Below the pieces are notes generated by a model. The model made no database searches and was not told the DNA's origin. It saw nothing but the letters and a program-made list of their open reading frames with translations. Both the position numbers and the translations under genes were made by a program. A stretch of 64,000 nucleotides of DNA, from NCBI GenBank assembly GCA_963801165.1, contig CAWDDT010000004.1, positions 640,001 to 704,000 of the forward strand, read 5' to 3'. The DNA is from an uncultured bacterium. Its GTDB lineage: Bacteria; Actinomycetota; Acidimicrobiia; Spongiisociales; UBA5794. Shown in pieces: positions 18,482-27,898 of the stretch. The stretch's first letter is position 1; the number at the start of each line of letters is the position of its first letter.

Positions 18482-19417
18482 TCAACCACTGAGGGCGCTG
18501 AGCAGGTTGGCGGCTCGTGCCATGTTGATGTCGGCCAATGGTGACAAGTGCTGGAAGTAGATGCGCCCAACGCCCTGCGCGGAATATTGCGTCACCGTCT
18601 CCGCTACTTGCTCGTAGGTGCCGTGGAGCACCCGGTGCTCTGCCAGGCGGGTCTCGAACTCGTCGGGGTCGGTGTTCCGTTCTGCGGCCGCCTCCCCGAG
18701 CACGTCCCGATATTCGGGCTCGTCCTCACCAACCAGCACAGGCGACATGATCGAGACCTTGATGCTGGACGGATCACGACCGATCTCCCGGGCGGTCGCC
18801 GTCATCACCTCGATGCGGGCGGCCAGATCTTCGGCGTTGCAGGCGAACATGTTGTACTCGTCGGCAAACCGACCGGCTATCTGTGGTGTCCTCTTCATGC
18901 CCGAGCCGCCGATGATGATCGGCAGCTGGGAGATCGGGTGAGGGAGGACATCGACGTCATCGAGCCGGTGGTGTCGCCCGGTGTAGCCACCGTCGCTCCT
19001 GCCGAAGACGGCATGGATGTAGGCGAGTGTCTCGAACAGAAGGCTGAAGCGAGTCCGCAACTCGGGGAGTTGAATGCCGAAGACGCGGTGCTCGCCTTCC
19101 ATCCAGCCGGTACCTACCCCAAGCTCGAAACGTCCTCCCGACATCTCGTCGAGCGTCGTGGCCGTCTTGGCGATTACGGCGGGGTGGCGAAAAGTCAACG
19201 GCGTGACCAGCACCGTCAGTTTGATCGTGTCGGTCTCGCGAGCGAGGCCTGCGAGGGTGGTGAGTGCATCGGTCGCCGGCATGCTCTTGTCACCGTTGAG
19301 GTAATGGTCGGACCGGGCAAAGGATGTGAAGCCTGCGCTTTCTGCACTCCTGGCGACAGCCAGCAGTTCCTTGTAGGTGCCGCCAAACTGTGGCTCGACC
19401 ATCAAGCCGAATTCCAT
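18482..19417 (-). CDS. LLM-class (probably F420-dependent) oxidoreductase
   Basis: GFTSFARSDHY, LAGLARET, LDEMSGGRFELGVGTGW, IIIGGSG. Confidence 0.88.
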   Translation of the reverse strand: MEFGLMVEPQFGGTYKELLAVARSAESAGFTSFARSDHYLNGDKSMPATDALTTLAGLARETDTIKLTVLVTPLTFRHPAVIAKTATTLDEMSGGRFELGVGTGWMEGEHRVFGIQLPELRTRFSLLFETLAYIHAVFGRSDGGYTGRHHRLDDVDVLPHPISQLPIIIGGSGMKRTPQIAGRFADEYNMFACNAEDLAARIEVMTATAREIGRDPSSIKVSIMSPVLVGEDEPEYRDVLGEAAAERNTDPDEFETRLAEHRVLHGTYEQVAETVTQYSAQGVGRIYFQHLSPLADINMARAANLLSALSG

Positions 19418-19467
19418 CGTTGTCCCTTCTTGTCGCCCGCAGGAACGTTACCGGTAGAGACCCCGGC

Positions 19468-20076
19468 TCACCAACGGCGCGCCCGCCATTCCGGGAGTGA
19501 TGGTCGCTCCGTGCCGATCGTCGTGTCGCGACCGTGGCCGGGCATGACGATCGTCTCATCCGGCAGCGTGAAGTACTCACGCTCGATGCTCTGCATGATC
19601 TCATCAAAATCTGAGTAATCGAAACGGGTGGCGCCCGGGCCGCCGGGGAACAGGGTATCGCCTGTGATCACCGCGCCGGCGGTGACGATGCCCATTGACC
19701 CCGGAGTGTGGCCGGGGGCGTGGACCAGCTTCACCTCGGTCGTCCCGATGCGCAATGTCCCTGGATTGAGGTCCTCGTCCGGCTCGATCGGACAGATGCC
19801 CCGGTCGGCGGCGTGCAGCCGGACCGGTATGCCGAGCCGTTCGGCCACCTCGCGGGCCGCGCCCACATGGTCATGATGGCCGTGTGTCGTGATGATTGCG
19901 ATCGGCTCGGTGCCGGCCGCGAGCGCAACGACGGCGTCAGGGTCTGCTGCTGCGTCGACGATGACCGACTCAGCGGTGGCAAGACACGCCACGAGGTACG
20001 CGTTGTTACCGAAGGTCCCGACCTCCGCCTTGCGGATGCCGAGTGTGTCGTTCTCGAAATGCCAGTCGTTTGGCAC
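19468..20076 (-). CDS. MBL-fold metallo-hydrolase (glyoxalase II-like)
   Basis: THGHHDHVG, PGHTPGS, TGDTLFPGG, PGHG. Confidence 0.9.
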   Translation of the reverse strand: MPNDWHFENDTLGIRKAEVGTFGNNAYLVACLATAESVIVDAAADPDAVVALAAGTEPIAIITTHGHHDHVGAAREVAERLGIPVRLHAADRGICPIEPDEDLNPGTLRIGTTEVKLVHAPGHTPGSMGIVTAGAVITGDTLFPGGPGATRFDYSDFDEIMQSIEREYFTLPDETIVMPGHGRDTTIGTERPSLPEWRARRW

Positions 20077-20101
20077 CGCTACCTCTTGACCCGTGGCCTG
20101 C

Positions 20102-20776
20102 TCACCCGGTCGCCTGCAGCGACTCCATCACGGTCTGCAGGGTCGTTACCTCGGTCTCACCAGCGAGCCGGGCGGCGACTGTGCCATCTCCGTTCAGGAA
20201 CACCCAGAACGGGAACGAGCCGCCGCCATAGGCGTTGAACACGCTGTTGTTCTTGTCGTCGCGAATGTTGGGCTGGGTCCAGCCCTCGTTCTTCAGCCAC
20301 TGTGACGGTGGCCAGTTGGGTTGACCGGAATTGGCCGCTGTCGTCACCGAGATGATGTTCACCCCCTGGACGCCGCCGCCCGAGTTGATCCACGCCTGGA
20401 CTCGGGGAACTTCGGCTCGGCAATGGGGGCACCAGTGGGCGATGAACAGAACCGCCGTGGGTGTCCCATTGGGGTTGATGGCAACGGTGTTGTCGCTGAA
20501 GTCCTGACCTGTGACCTCGGGTGCCACCATCCCGACGGCCGGGTCGGCCGACAGCGTTGATGTGGCGTCGAACGCCGGCAGGGAATCACCGCTTATGACC
20601 GGGTCTCCGTATTCACCCGCGCTGCCGATGGGCTCGTTGGAGCTGAGGACGATGGCAGCGATCAACGCCACCGCGATCAGCCCGAAGACGATCAAGAGAA
20701 TGCGGCCACCGTTGCCGCCGCTCTTCTTGTTGGCTTGCGACCTGGTCGCCGTCTTGTTCTTGGTCTTGGTCGTCAT
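20102..20776 (-). CDS. Membrane-anchored thioredoxin-fold thiol-disulfide oxidoreductase (TlpA/DsbE-like, CPHC)
   Basis: N-terminal TM, AHWCPHC, SFPFWVFL cis-Pro loop. Confidence 0.85.
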   Translation of the reverse strand: MTTKTKNKTATRSQANKKSGGNGGRILLIVFGLIAVALIAAIVLSSNEPIGSAGEYGDPVISGDSLPAFDATSTLSADPAVGMVAPEVTGQDFSDNTVAINPNGTPTAVLFIAHWCPHCRAEVPRVQAWINSGGGVQGVNIISVTTAANSGQPNWPPSQWLKNEGWTQPNIRDDKNNSVFNAYGGGSFPFWVFLNGDGTVAARLAGETEVTTLQTVMESLQATG

Positions 20777-20898
20777 CGAGCGCAGCCTTTCCCAACCATT
20801 CCTGCAAGCTTCTCGTTGGTCGTGGACGCATCTTGGCGCATTTCCGACGGCACAAATGACGGAATGCCATCAAATGCCAACACCCGGTCGTCACCGAT

Positions 20899-21456
20899 TC
20901 AGTCGGCGACCCCGTCGTTTTCTCGCACCATCCACATCATCAACAGCACCAGAGCGAAGGCGCTCCCCGCCATGTACGGGATCGACATGAACCCGAAGAC
21001 CCGAAACAAGAACGAAGTACAGGGGACCGCGGAACTGCAAGCGGTGCCCTCCAGGTTGGGGAACCATTGAATCAGGTAGTGGTAGGTCGATATGATGCCA
21101 CCGATGATCGCCAACGGTGCGACGTACACCCTGATGTCGCGATCGCGACGGTAGGCGGCGATGCCGAGGATGATGGCAATCGGGTACATGGCGATCCGCT
21201 GGTACCAGCAGTCGGTGCACGGTATGAGGTGTGCCACCTCGGAGAGGTAGAGGCTCCCCAGCATGGCGACTCCGGCGACGATGGCGCCAAAGAGCAACTC
21301 GTAGCCTGCGAGCATCTCGTGGATTCGATCTCTCGTCTCTGCGGCGCTGGATGACCATCGGGCGGCAACTGCGGTGAGCAAGTAGCCGACCACCGCCACG
21401 TTGGCGCAGAGTGCCAGGATGGCAAAGAACAGCTTCATAGTCTGCAGATCGAACAA
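20899..21456 (-). CDS. Disulfide bond formation protein DsbB/BdbC family
   Basis: GSLYLSEV, PCTDCWYQRIAMYP, second Cys pair ACSSAVPC, FMSIPYM; TTG start after GAGGAGG. Confidence 0.88.
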   Translation of the reverse strand: MFDLQTMKLFFAILALCANVAVVGYLLTAVAARWSSSAAETRDRIHEMLAGYELLFGAIVAGVAMLGSLYLSEVAHLIPCTDCWYQRIAMYPIAIILGIAAYRRDRDIRVYVAPLAIIGGIISTYHYLIQWFPNLEGTACSSAVPCTSFLFRVFGFMSIPYMAGSAFALVLLMMWMVRENDGVAD

Positions 21457-21539
21457 CGGACCTCCTCGGCGGGTCGCAAGACTAGATGCCACGGGGACAG
21501 ACGGTGACCGGTTCCCCCCGCTGCCGGTAGCATTGATCG

Positions 21540-21983
21540 GTGATGGTAGGCCTTGCGTTCGCCCTGGGGCTTCTCGTGCTCCTCATTCTCATCGGTCTTG
21601 CTTTCATGTGGCAGGGCACGATCCGGTTGCCGGGAGCGCCGGTCGCCTATGGCGTGGAGGAGTCGATCAGATACATCGCGCCCCGCCTTTCGGAGGACAT
21701 CCGGGCAAAGGTCGGTTCGAAGAGCGTGCGGCGCATCCTGGAGTGGGAGATGAACTACCTGCACGAGCGTCTGGATGCGGGCTCCGGTGAGCCGGTTGTG
21801 CTCGGCGGCGAAGAAGCGATCGGGTACGTGCTGCAACAGACCGCCAGGCAGGGGTACGAATACGACAGGGAAACCGTCGCCGAGGTGATGCGCCTCCAGG
21901 CGGAGTATATGGAATCAATAGGCGCGCTCGATCGTCCGGTCGGGAAGGATGAGATGAAGACGCTGGGATTCGACGATGGATGA
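21540..21983 (+). CDS. Hypothetical protein with N-terminal TM
   Basis: 147 aa, overlaps the start of the mutase gene; TAGCAT -10 lies 6 nt before the GTG. Confidence 0.75.
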   Translation: MMVGLAFALGLLVLLILIGLAFMWQGTIRLPGAPVAYGVEESIRYIAPRLSEDIRAKVGSKSVRRILEWEMNYLHERLDAGSGEPVVLGGEEAIGYVLQQTARQGYEYDRETVAEVMRLQAEYMESIGALDRPVGKDEMKTLGFDDG

Positions 21984-23634
21984 CCGTAGGCAGGAGGACC
22001 GTAGGCAGGAGTGGGAGGATGCCTACGAGAACGGCACGAAGCGGCAAGACGCCTTTGTCACCATGTCGTTCGAGCCGGTGCCGGTGCTGGGCGCGCCCGA
22101 TGAGCCGCCCCCCGAGCACATCGGCTACCCCGGTCAGTACCCGTACACCCGGGGAGTGCACGCCACCGGCTACCGGGGGCGTCTCTGGACCATGCGGCAG
22201 TTCGCCGGCTTTGCCTCGGTTGCCGAGACCAACGAGCGGTTCCGTCACCTCCTCGATGCCGGCCAGGGCGGGTTGTCCGTTGCTTTCGACATGCCGACGT
22301 TGATGGGACTCGACGGCGACGACCCGCTGTCCCTCGGTGAGGTCGGACACTGCGGCGTGGCGGTCTCCACAACCGCAGACATGATTGACCTGTTCGATCG
22401 GATTCCCCTCGGCGACGTCTCCGTCTCGATGACGATCAACGGACCGGCTGAGGTGTTGTTCGCTTTCCTCCTTGTCGCGGCCGAAGAGCAGGGTGTGGCC
22501 TGGTCCCGGCTGCGAGGGACGCTGCAGAACGACATTCTCAAGGAGTACATCGCCCAGAAGGAATGGATCTTCCCTCCCGAGCCTCATCTCCGGCTCATCG
22601 TTGACATGATCGAGTTCTGCGGGGAGCGTGTCCCCCAGTGGAACACGATCTCCATTTCCGGCTATCACATCCGCGAGGCCGGGGCGACGGCCGCCGAGGA
22701 GCTCGCTTTCACGCTCGCCGACGGGTTCGCCTACGTGGAGGCGTGTCTCCGGCGCGGTCTCGACCTCGACGACTTCGTCCCGCGCTTGTCCTTCTTCTTC
22801 GACGCCCATATCGACTTCTTCGAGGAGATCGGCAAGTTCCGGGCGGCCCGCCGGATCTGGGCACGTTGGATGCGCGACCGGTACGGCGCAACCTCCGACA
22901 ACTCGCTGAAGTTGCGATTCCATACGCAGACTGCCGGGGTCTCACTGACCGCCCAGCAACCGGAGAACAACATCGTCCGCACGGCCGTCGAGGCACTCGC
23001 CGCCGTGCTCGGGGGGACACAGAGCCTTCACACCAACGCCATGGACGAGGTCTATGCCCTGCCGACCGCCAGGAATGCCGAGCTGGCGCTGCGGACCCAG
23101 CAGGTGCTCGCTGAGGAAACCGGGGTCGCCTCGACCATCGACCCGCTCGGTGGCTCTTGGTTCGTCGAGGAGATGACGGACCGGATCGAGGCGAGGGCAG
23201 AGGAGATGTTTGCGACCATCGAGCGGATGGGCGACGGTTCGATGCTCGACGGTGTCCTCGCCGGTATCGACGAGGGCTGGTTTCAGTCGGCCGTCGCCGA
23301 CTCCGCATACGAGTTCGAGAAGGCAATCGACACGGGAGAGCGCACCATCGTCGGTGTCAACAAGTACATCAGTGAGAACGAGGGCTCGCTCGAAATCCTC
23401 CGGATCGGCGCCGAGGTCGAGGCCGAGCACAGGGCGAAGCTGGCGCGCCTCAGGGGCGAACGGAACCAGGCTGAGGTCGCCGGCGCACTCGAGGCGATCC
23501 GTGCCGGAGCCGCAGGTGACGCCAACCTCATGGAGTTGATCGTCGCGGCAGCCCGGGTGCGAGCGACGCTGGGCGAGATCGTTGCCGCCATGAAGGACGT
23601 CTTCGGCGGATACCGGGAGCAGGCTCGTGTCTAG
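21976..23634 (+). CDS. icmA: Acyl-CoA mutase large subunit, isobutyryl-CoA mutase (IcmA)-type
   Basis: [17 protein letters not shown] (Phe), [14 protein letters not shown] (Gln); no B12-binding domain. Confidence 0.8.
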   Translation: MDDRRQEDRRQEWEDAYENGTKRQDAFVTMSFEPVPVLGAPDEPPPEHIGYPGQYPYTRGVHATGYRGRLWTMRQFAGFASVAETNERFRHLLDAGQGGLSVAFDMPTLMGLDGDDPLSLGEVGHCGVAVSTTADMIDLFDRIPLGDVSVSMTINGPAEVLFAFLLVAAEEQGVAWSRLRGTLQNDILKEYIAQKEWIFPPEPHLRLIVDMIEFCGERVPQWNTISISGYHIREAGATAAEELAFTLADGFAYVEACLRRGLDLDDFVPRLSFFFDAHIDFFEEIGKFRAARRIWARWMRDRYGATSDNSLKLRFHTQTAGVSLTAQQPENNIVRTAVEALAAVLGGTQSLHTNAMDEVYALPTARNAELALRTQQVLAEETGVASTIDPLGGSWFVEEMTDRIEARAEEMFATIERMGDGSMLDGVLAGIDEGWFQSAVADSAYEFEKAIDTGERTIVGVNKYISENEGSLEILRIGAEVEAEHRAKLARLRGERNQAEVAGALEAIRAGAAGDANLMELIVAAARVRATLGEIVAAMKDVFGGYREQARV

Positions 23635-23953
23635 GAGTGCGCTGAATAATTCGAGTTCAGGTTCGATGGCATGCTCGAAGACCATGATTTCTCGGGCACT
23701 GCGAGCCTTCACCGTGATTAATCACCACCCTCCTAGCCGGTCCCAGTGGGTTCGCAGGCTTGCCGGGCAGATGTTCCTGGCGATGTATCTGACGTTGGCA
23801 CCGTCGACCGTTCCGGACTGGCGAGCCGACCCCGGATTGCGCACCGTAGCTGTTCTGCCGATCGGGGAGCCGATGACCGGGCTCCCGCCGCTATGGCTGG
23901 ATGGGCGGTAGACTCTCGGCCCGCTTCAAGGATGCGGTTTGAAGGAGGCGTTT

Positions 23954-24391
23954 GTGTCCAAGCTGAGAGCGGTGCTCGTTGCGATCGTCGCACTCGCCAT
24001 TGTCGTGACGGGCTGCAGCAGGTCGTCGGATACAACGACTACCTCTGTCGCCGGGTCATCATCCGAGGACGTCGTCTTTGGGCAGGGCGAGCTCCCCGCC
24101 ACCATCCCCACCGGGTTTCCGCTGCCCGAAGGAAGCGCCATTGGTTCCACGATGGTGGTCACGAAGACGGGGCTCACTGAGGTCGTGATCCGCGTTGGCA
24201 CCGACCAAGGCGCCGCGGCTGACTATTTCAACCAGGCTCTCAGCCAGGCCGGGTTCACGGTCGATAAGTCGGAAGCCAATGGCGAGAGATGGTTGATCGA
24301 GTTCAGCGACGCGTCCGCCAGGGGAACCATCGAAATCTCAAAGGCGGCTTCTGGCATAAGCGACGCGGTAGTGCGCTACAACGTGCCGTAG
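23954..24391 (+). CDS. Hypothetical lipoprotein
   Basis: AAGGAGG RBS then GTG; lipobox VVTGC; P..FPLP motif. Confidence 0.8.
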   Translation: MSKLRAVLVAIVALAIVVTGCSRSSDTTTTSVAGSSSEDVVFGQGELPATIPTGFPLPEGSAIGSTMVVTKTGLTEVVIRVGTDQGAAADYFNQALSQAGFTVDKSEANGERWLIEFSDASARGTIEISKAASGISDAVVRYNVP

Positions 24392-24484
24392 GTGACCAGG
24401 CTCTACGCAAGCCGGGCGAAGGGACGGAGAGGCAACGGCCCCGGCCGCCTTTAGACTGCGTTAACGACACATCAGGAGGAAGCC

Positions 24485-24688
24485 GTGGGTCGGCTCACCC
24501 GTTTTGAGGAACACCGGTACGTTGGGACGCGCGATGACATGGCTGTCTACGACTGCGACGATGACGCAATGCTGACCAGATTGCAGCAGCGCGCCTCCGC
24601 GGAGGAGTTGCTGCGACGGAACCTTCTGCAGGCTTTTGCGCCCGACACCGCGGCGGAGGCGGCAAACCGGGGGTTCATCCTCGCGTGA
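24485..24688 (+). CDS. Small hypothetical protein (67 aa)
   Basis: AGGAGGA RBS, GTGA overlap with the amidohydrolase; RFEEHRYVG...FAPDTAAEAANRGF. Confidence 0.75.
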   Translation: MGRLTRFEEHRYVGTRDDMAVYDCDDDAMLTRLQQRASAEELLRRNLLQAFAPDTAAEAANRGFILA

Positions 24689-25530
24689 CCCGCTTCATCG
24701 ACGCCCACGTTCACCCGCCCGTTCCCGCGTTCCTCGACGGGCCACTGGCTCAGTTTCGGGCCGGCTTGGAGGAGTTCCTCGGTGTTACCTTCACTCCCAA
24801 GACGGGGGAGGAGATCGCCTCGTTCTACCGGGAACGCGACGCCCGTGCAGTGTTGCTCGGCTGGAATAGCCAATCCGGTAGCCGGAACGCATCGCTGGGC
24901 AATCGCCAGATAAAGGCACTGGTCGACATTGCGCCCGATGTGTTCTACGGCTTTGGGGCCGTCGATCCGAACGGTGGTGCCGGGGCGGTTACCGGAGCCC
25001 ATGAAGCGGCCAGGATGGGTCTTTCCGGGTTGTCGTTTCACCCTGCCGCCGAGCGCGCCGCACCACTGCCCCGAGAGAACCGCCATCTTTGGGAGACCGC
25101 GGTCGAGCACGGGCTGATCACTCTCGTCCACACCGGTTTTACCCGGCTCGGCGCCGGGCTGCCAGGAGGCGCCGGGGTGGCGCTCGAACCGGCCCACCCG
25201 ATCAACGTGGATCGGCTGGCAGCGACTTATCCCGCGATGAAGATCATCCTCGCCCACACCGGCTCCCTGTGGCTCGACGATGCAATCGCGGTGTCGATTC
25301 ACAAGCGGAATGTGCACCTTTGCCTGTCCGGGGTATCGCCCAAGTCGATGAGTCCCGACCTTCTCGAGCTGATCAGGGGGCCGCTCCACGATCGGGTGCA
25401 CTTCGGGAGCGACTACCCGTTTGGCAACCCCGACGAGTGGCTTGCGCAGTGGGAATCGCTCGGCCTCCCCGAGGAGCTCAACCGGGCGGTCCTTGTCGAC
25501 AACATCACCGCGCTGCTAGAAGGCAGGTGA
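24685..25530 (+). CDS. Amidohydrolase family 2 protein
   Basis: IDAHVH, LVHTG, IILAH, FGSDYPF. Confidence 0.88.
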   Translation: MTRFIDAHVHPPVPAFLDGPLAQFRAGLEEFLGVTFTPKTGEEIASFYRERDARAVLLGWNSQSGSRNASLGNRQIKALVDIAPDVFYGFGAVDPNGGAGAVTGAHEAARMGLSGLSFHPAAERAAPLPRENRHLWETAVEHGLITLVHTGFTRLGAGLPGGAGVALEPAHPINVDRLAATYPAMKIILAHTGSLWLDDAIAVSIHKRNVHLCLSGVSPKSMSPDLLELIRGPLHDRVHFGSDYPFGNPDEWLAQWESLGLPEELNRAVLVDNITALLEGR

Positions 25531-25547
25531 GCGGTGCCGAATCTCGG

Positions 25548-26198
25548 TCAGTTGCAGGCAGCTTCGATTTCCGCCGGGGGCAGCTGTGCGCCGAGCCCGG
25601 CGTCGACCAGACACGCCACTTTGCGCTCTCGGAAGTAGAAGAAGTGGTCGCTCCCGTGTAGCACGTGCAGCGTCGCCCCCGCCCGCTGTGCGTATTCGAT
25701 GATCGGGCCCGGTGGCACGACCTGGTCGCGATCACCGACGATGAAGGTGCGCGGCGCCGGCTGAAGCGATTCCGGCTCGGGGAGACGGATGCCCGAGTCC
25801 GGGGGGAGTCCCGGCGCTATCCCGACGTAGTTGAGCTCGGACCGGTCCCTGGCGTGCCAACGCAGTGCCGTGGCCGCCCCGAACGACCATCCGGCAACCC
25901 CGAACCCCAGATCGGGGAACTGATCCTGTGCATGATCGACGGCAGCTGCGACGTCGTCGATCTCGGCTATTCCGAAGTCGTGTTCGCCAGTTGAGAGCCC
26001 GACGCCGCGAAAGTTGAATCTCAGCACAGCGACGGCCCTCTCCAGCAGAGCCGCGGTCATCTCTTCGAAGAGCGGGACGCGCATAGTCGCTCGCTGCATG
26101 GGGTGGGGGTGGCAGAGCACGACCCCGCGAACCGGCTCGGCCGGTAAGTCCCAGCGCGCTTCGAGCTCGACGGATGACGAGACCCGGATCGTGGTCAT
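25548..26198 (-). CDS. Alpha/beta hydrolase
   Basis: VVLCHPHP, LRFNFRGVG, GWSFGA nucleophile elbow, GDRDQVV, SDHFF. Confidence 0.88.
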   Translation of the reverse strand: MTTIRVSSSVELEARWDLPAEPVRGVVLCHPHPMQRATMRVPLFEEMTAALLERAVAVLRFNFRGVGLSTGEHDFGIAEIDDVAAAVDHAQDQFPDLGFGVAGWSFGAATALRWHARDRSELNYVGIAPGLPPDSGIRLPEPESLQPAPRTFIVGDRDQVVPPGPIIEYAQRAGATLHVLHGSDHFFYFRERKVACLVDAGLGAQLPPAEIEAACN

Positions 26199-26284
26199 AG
26201 ACGCGTTGCCATCCACACGGCGCCGGCGATGAGAATCACCAAGCCCGTGACCAAGGATGCGACGAGCAGGTACCGGGTCTGCAT
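26195..26284 (-). CDS. Small single-TM protein, 29 aa (MQTRYLLVASLVTGLVILIAGAVWMATRL), below the ORF-track cutoff
   Basis: ATG..TGA; stop overlaps the hydrolase start (ATGA); TAACCT -10 lies 7 nt upstream. Confidence 0.7.
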   Translation of the reverse strand: MQTRYLLVASLVTGLVILIAGAVWMATRL

Positions 26285-26369
26285 GGAGACGAGGTTACCG
26301 GGTCTACACAAGAGGTTGCCCGCTCCTAACCTGGGCATCTCATCGGGTTCTAGTCATCGGGTAGGTGGA

Positions 26370-26444
26370 TTGGACGTCAATCTCGGCCGTCGGCAGTTGT
26401 TAGCGATGTACAGACGCATGATGGTCGCGAGCCGTGATGTTTGA
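26370..26444 (+). pseudogene. 24-codon ORF resembling the N-terminus of a 2-oxoacid dehydrogenase E1 alpha subunit (possible relic or leader peptide)
   Basis: TTG start with AGGTGG upstream; MDVNLGRRQLLAMYRRMMVASRDV; overlaps the M20 start. Confidence 0.35.
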
Positions 26445-27741
26445 TCCTGTTGCGGTGCTCGCCGATCTGATCCAGGTCGACACGACCAACCCGCCCGGGA
26501 ACGAGACGGCGGCGATGGATCTCATTCGCAAGCTGCTCGAGGAGGCGGGGATCACGCCGATGATCCTGGCCCGGGACCCTGCCCGGCCGAACCTGGTAGC
26601 CCGCATCAGGGGCAGGGGGGAGGCGCCCCCATTCCTGATGCAGGGTCACGTCGATGTCGTGCCCACCGGCGACCAACAGTGGGAGCGCGATCCGTTTGGT
26701 GGCGAGGTGATCGACGGCGAGATGTGGGGCAGGGGCTCGCTCGACATGAAGGGTCCCGTTGTGATGATGCTGCATGCATTCATCCGGTTGGCCGGATCGG
26801 GAAGCCCTCCCGCGGGTGACATCATTCTTGCCATTGTCTCCGACGAGGAGGACAGCGGGTTCTACGGTGCCAGATTCCTCGTCGATGAGCACCCCGGGCT
26901 ATTCGAGGACGTCAAATACTGCATCGGCGAGTTCGGCGGTTTCTCGTTCCCGTTTGCCGGCGCCCGCTTCTGCCCCATCCAGGTGTCCGAACGAATGGGC
27001 ATTCGCTTCGAGCTGACCTTGACCGCCGAGGGCGGGCACGGCTCGATGCCCCGCCGGGGCGCCGCCATGGCTCGTTTGGCCAAGGTACTCACCGACTTGG
27101 ACCGTAAACGCCTGCCGATCCACATCTCGCCGGCAACCCGGCTCATGGTCGAGGGGATGGCCGCACACGCAACGGGGGTACGGCGAAGGGTGATGCAAAT
27201 GCTGCTCGACGAACGGAGCGCGGCGGCCGCTTTCCGGCTCATGCCCGGTCAGCTCGAGGCCATGGAGCCGCTGTTCCGCAACACGGTGAGCCCCACCATC
27301 GTTCACGGCGGCGACAGGTTCAATGTCATTCCGGGAAGGATCACTCTGACCCTCGACGGCCGGATGGTCCCGTCCAGCAACCCCGAGGAGATGGCCGGCG
27401 AGTTGCGGCGCGTCATCGGCGACGACATAGCCGTCGAATACACCGTCGACGGCGAACCGGGTCCGGAGCAACCCGATCTCGGGCTGTTCCCGCTGCTGGC
27501 GGACGTGATGACCCGGCGCGACGCGGGCCTGATCCCGGTGCCGTTCATGATGCCCGCCGTCACCGACGGCAGGTGGTTCGCCCGGCTCGGCATCCAGCCG
27601 TACGGGTTCACTCCGCTGCTCCTGCCCGATGGCTTCGAATTCCAGAAACTCGCCCACGCTGCCAACGAGCGTGTGCCAGTGACCGCCATAGAGACGGGTG
27701 CCGGCATCATTTACGACCTGTTGCAGCGGTATCCCGGGTGA
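26434..27741 (+). CDS. M20/M25/M40 family metallo-hydrolase
   Basis: DTTNPPGNE, GHVDVVP, WGRGSLDMKG, DEE, AHAANER. Confidence 0.9.
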   Translation: MMFDPVAVLADLIQVDTTNPPGNETAAMDLIRKLLEEAGITPMILARDPARPNLVARIRGRGEAPPFLMQGHVDVVPTGDQQWERDPFGGEVIDGEMWGRGSLDMKGPVVMMLHAFIRLAGSGSPPAGDIILAIVSDEEDSGFYGARFLVDEHPGLFEDVKYCIGEFGGFSFPFAGARFCPIQVSERMGIRFELTLTAEGGHGSMPRRGAAMARLAKVLTDLDRKRLPIHISPATRLMVEGMAAHATGVRRRVMQMLLDERSAAAAFRLMPGQLEAMEPLFRNTVSPTIVHGGDRFNVIPGRITLTLDGRMVPSSNPEEMAGELRRVIGDDIAVEYTVDGEPGPEQPDLGLFPLLADVMTRRDAGLIPVPFMMPAVTDGRWFARLGIQPYGFTPLLLPDGFEFQKLAHAANERVPVTAIETGAGIIYDLLQRYPG

Positions 27742-27898
27742 CCCGCTGCTCGGTGCAGGGCTTGCGACGCCGGTTCTCCGGTCGGGCCACAAGGCCCCCA
27801 TTGGCATCATTGGTGATGCTCCCGGCGGCACTGAACGCGGCAAACGCTTATGGTCTGGGCACTAGGCTCATTGCTGACCCAAATCTTCCTGCGGAGGC

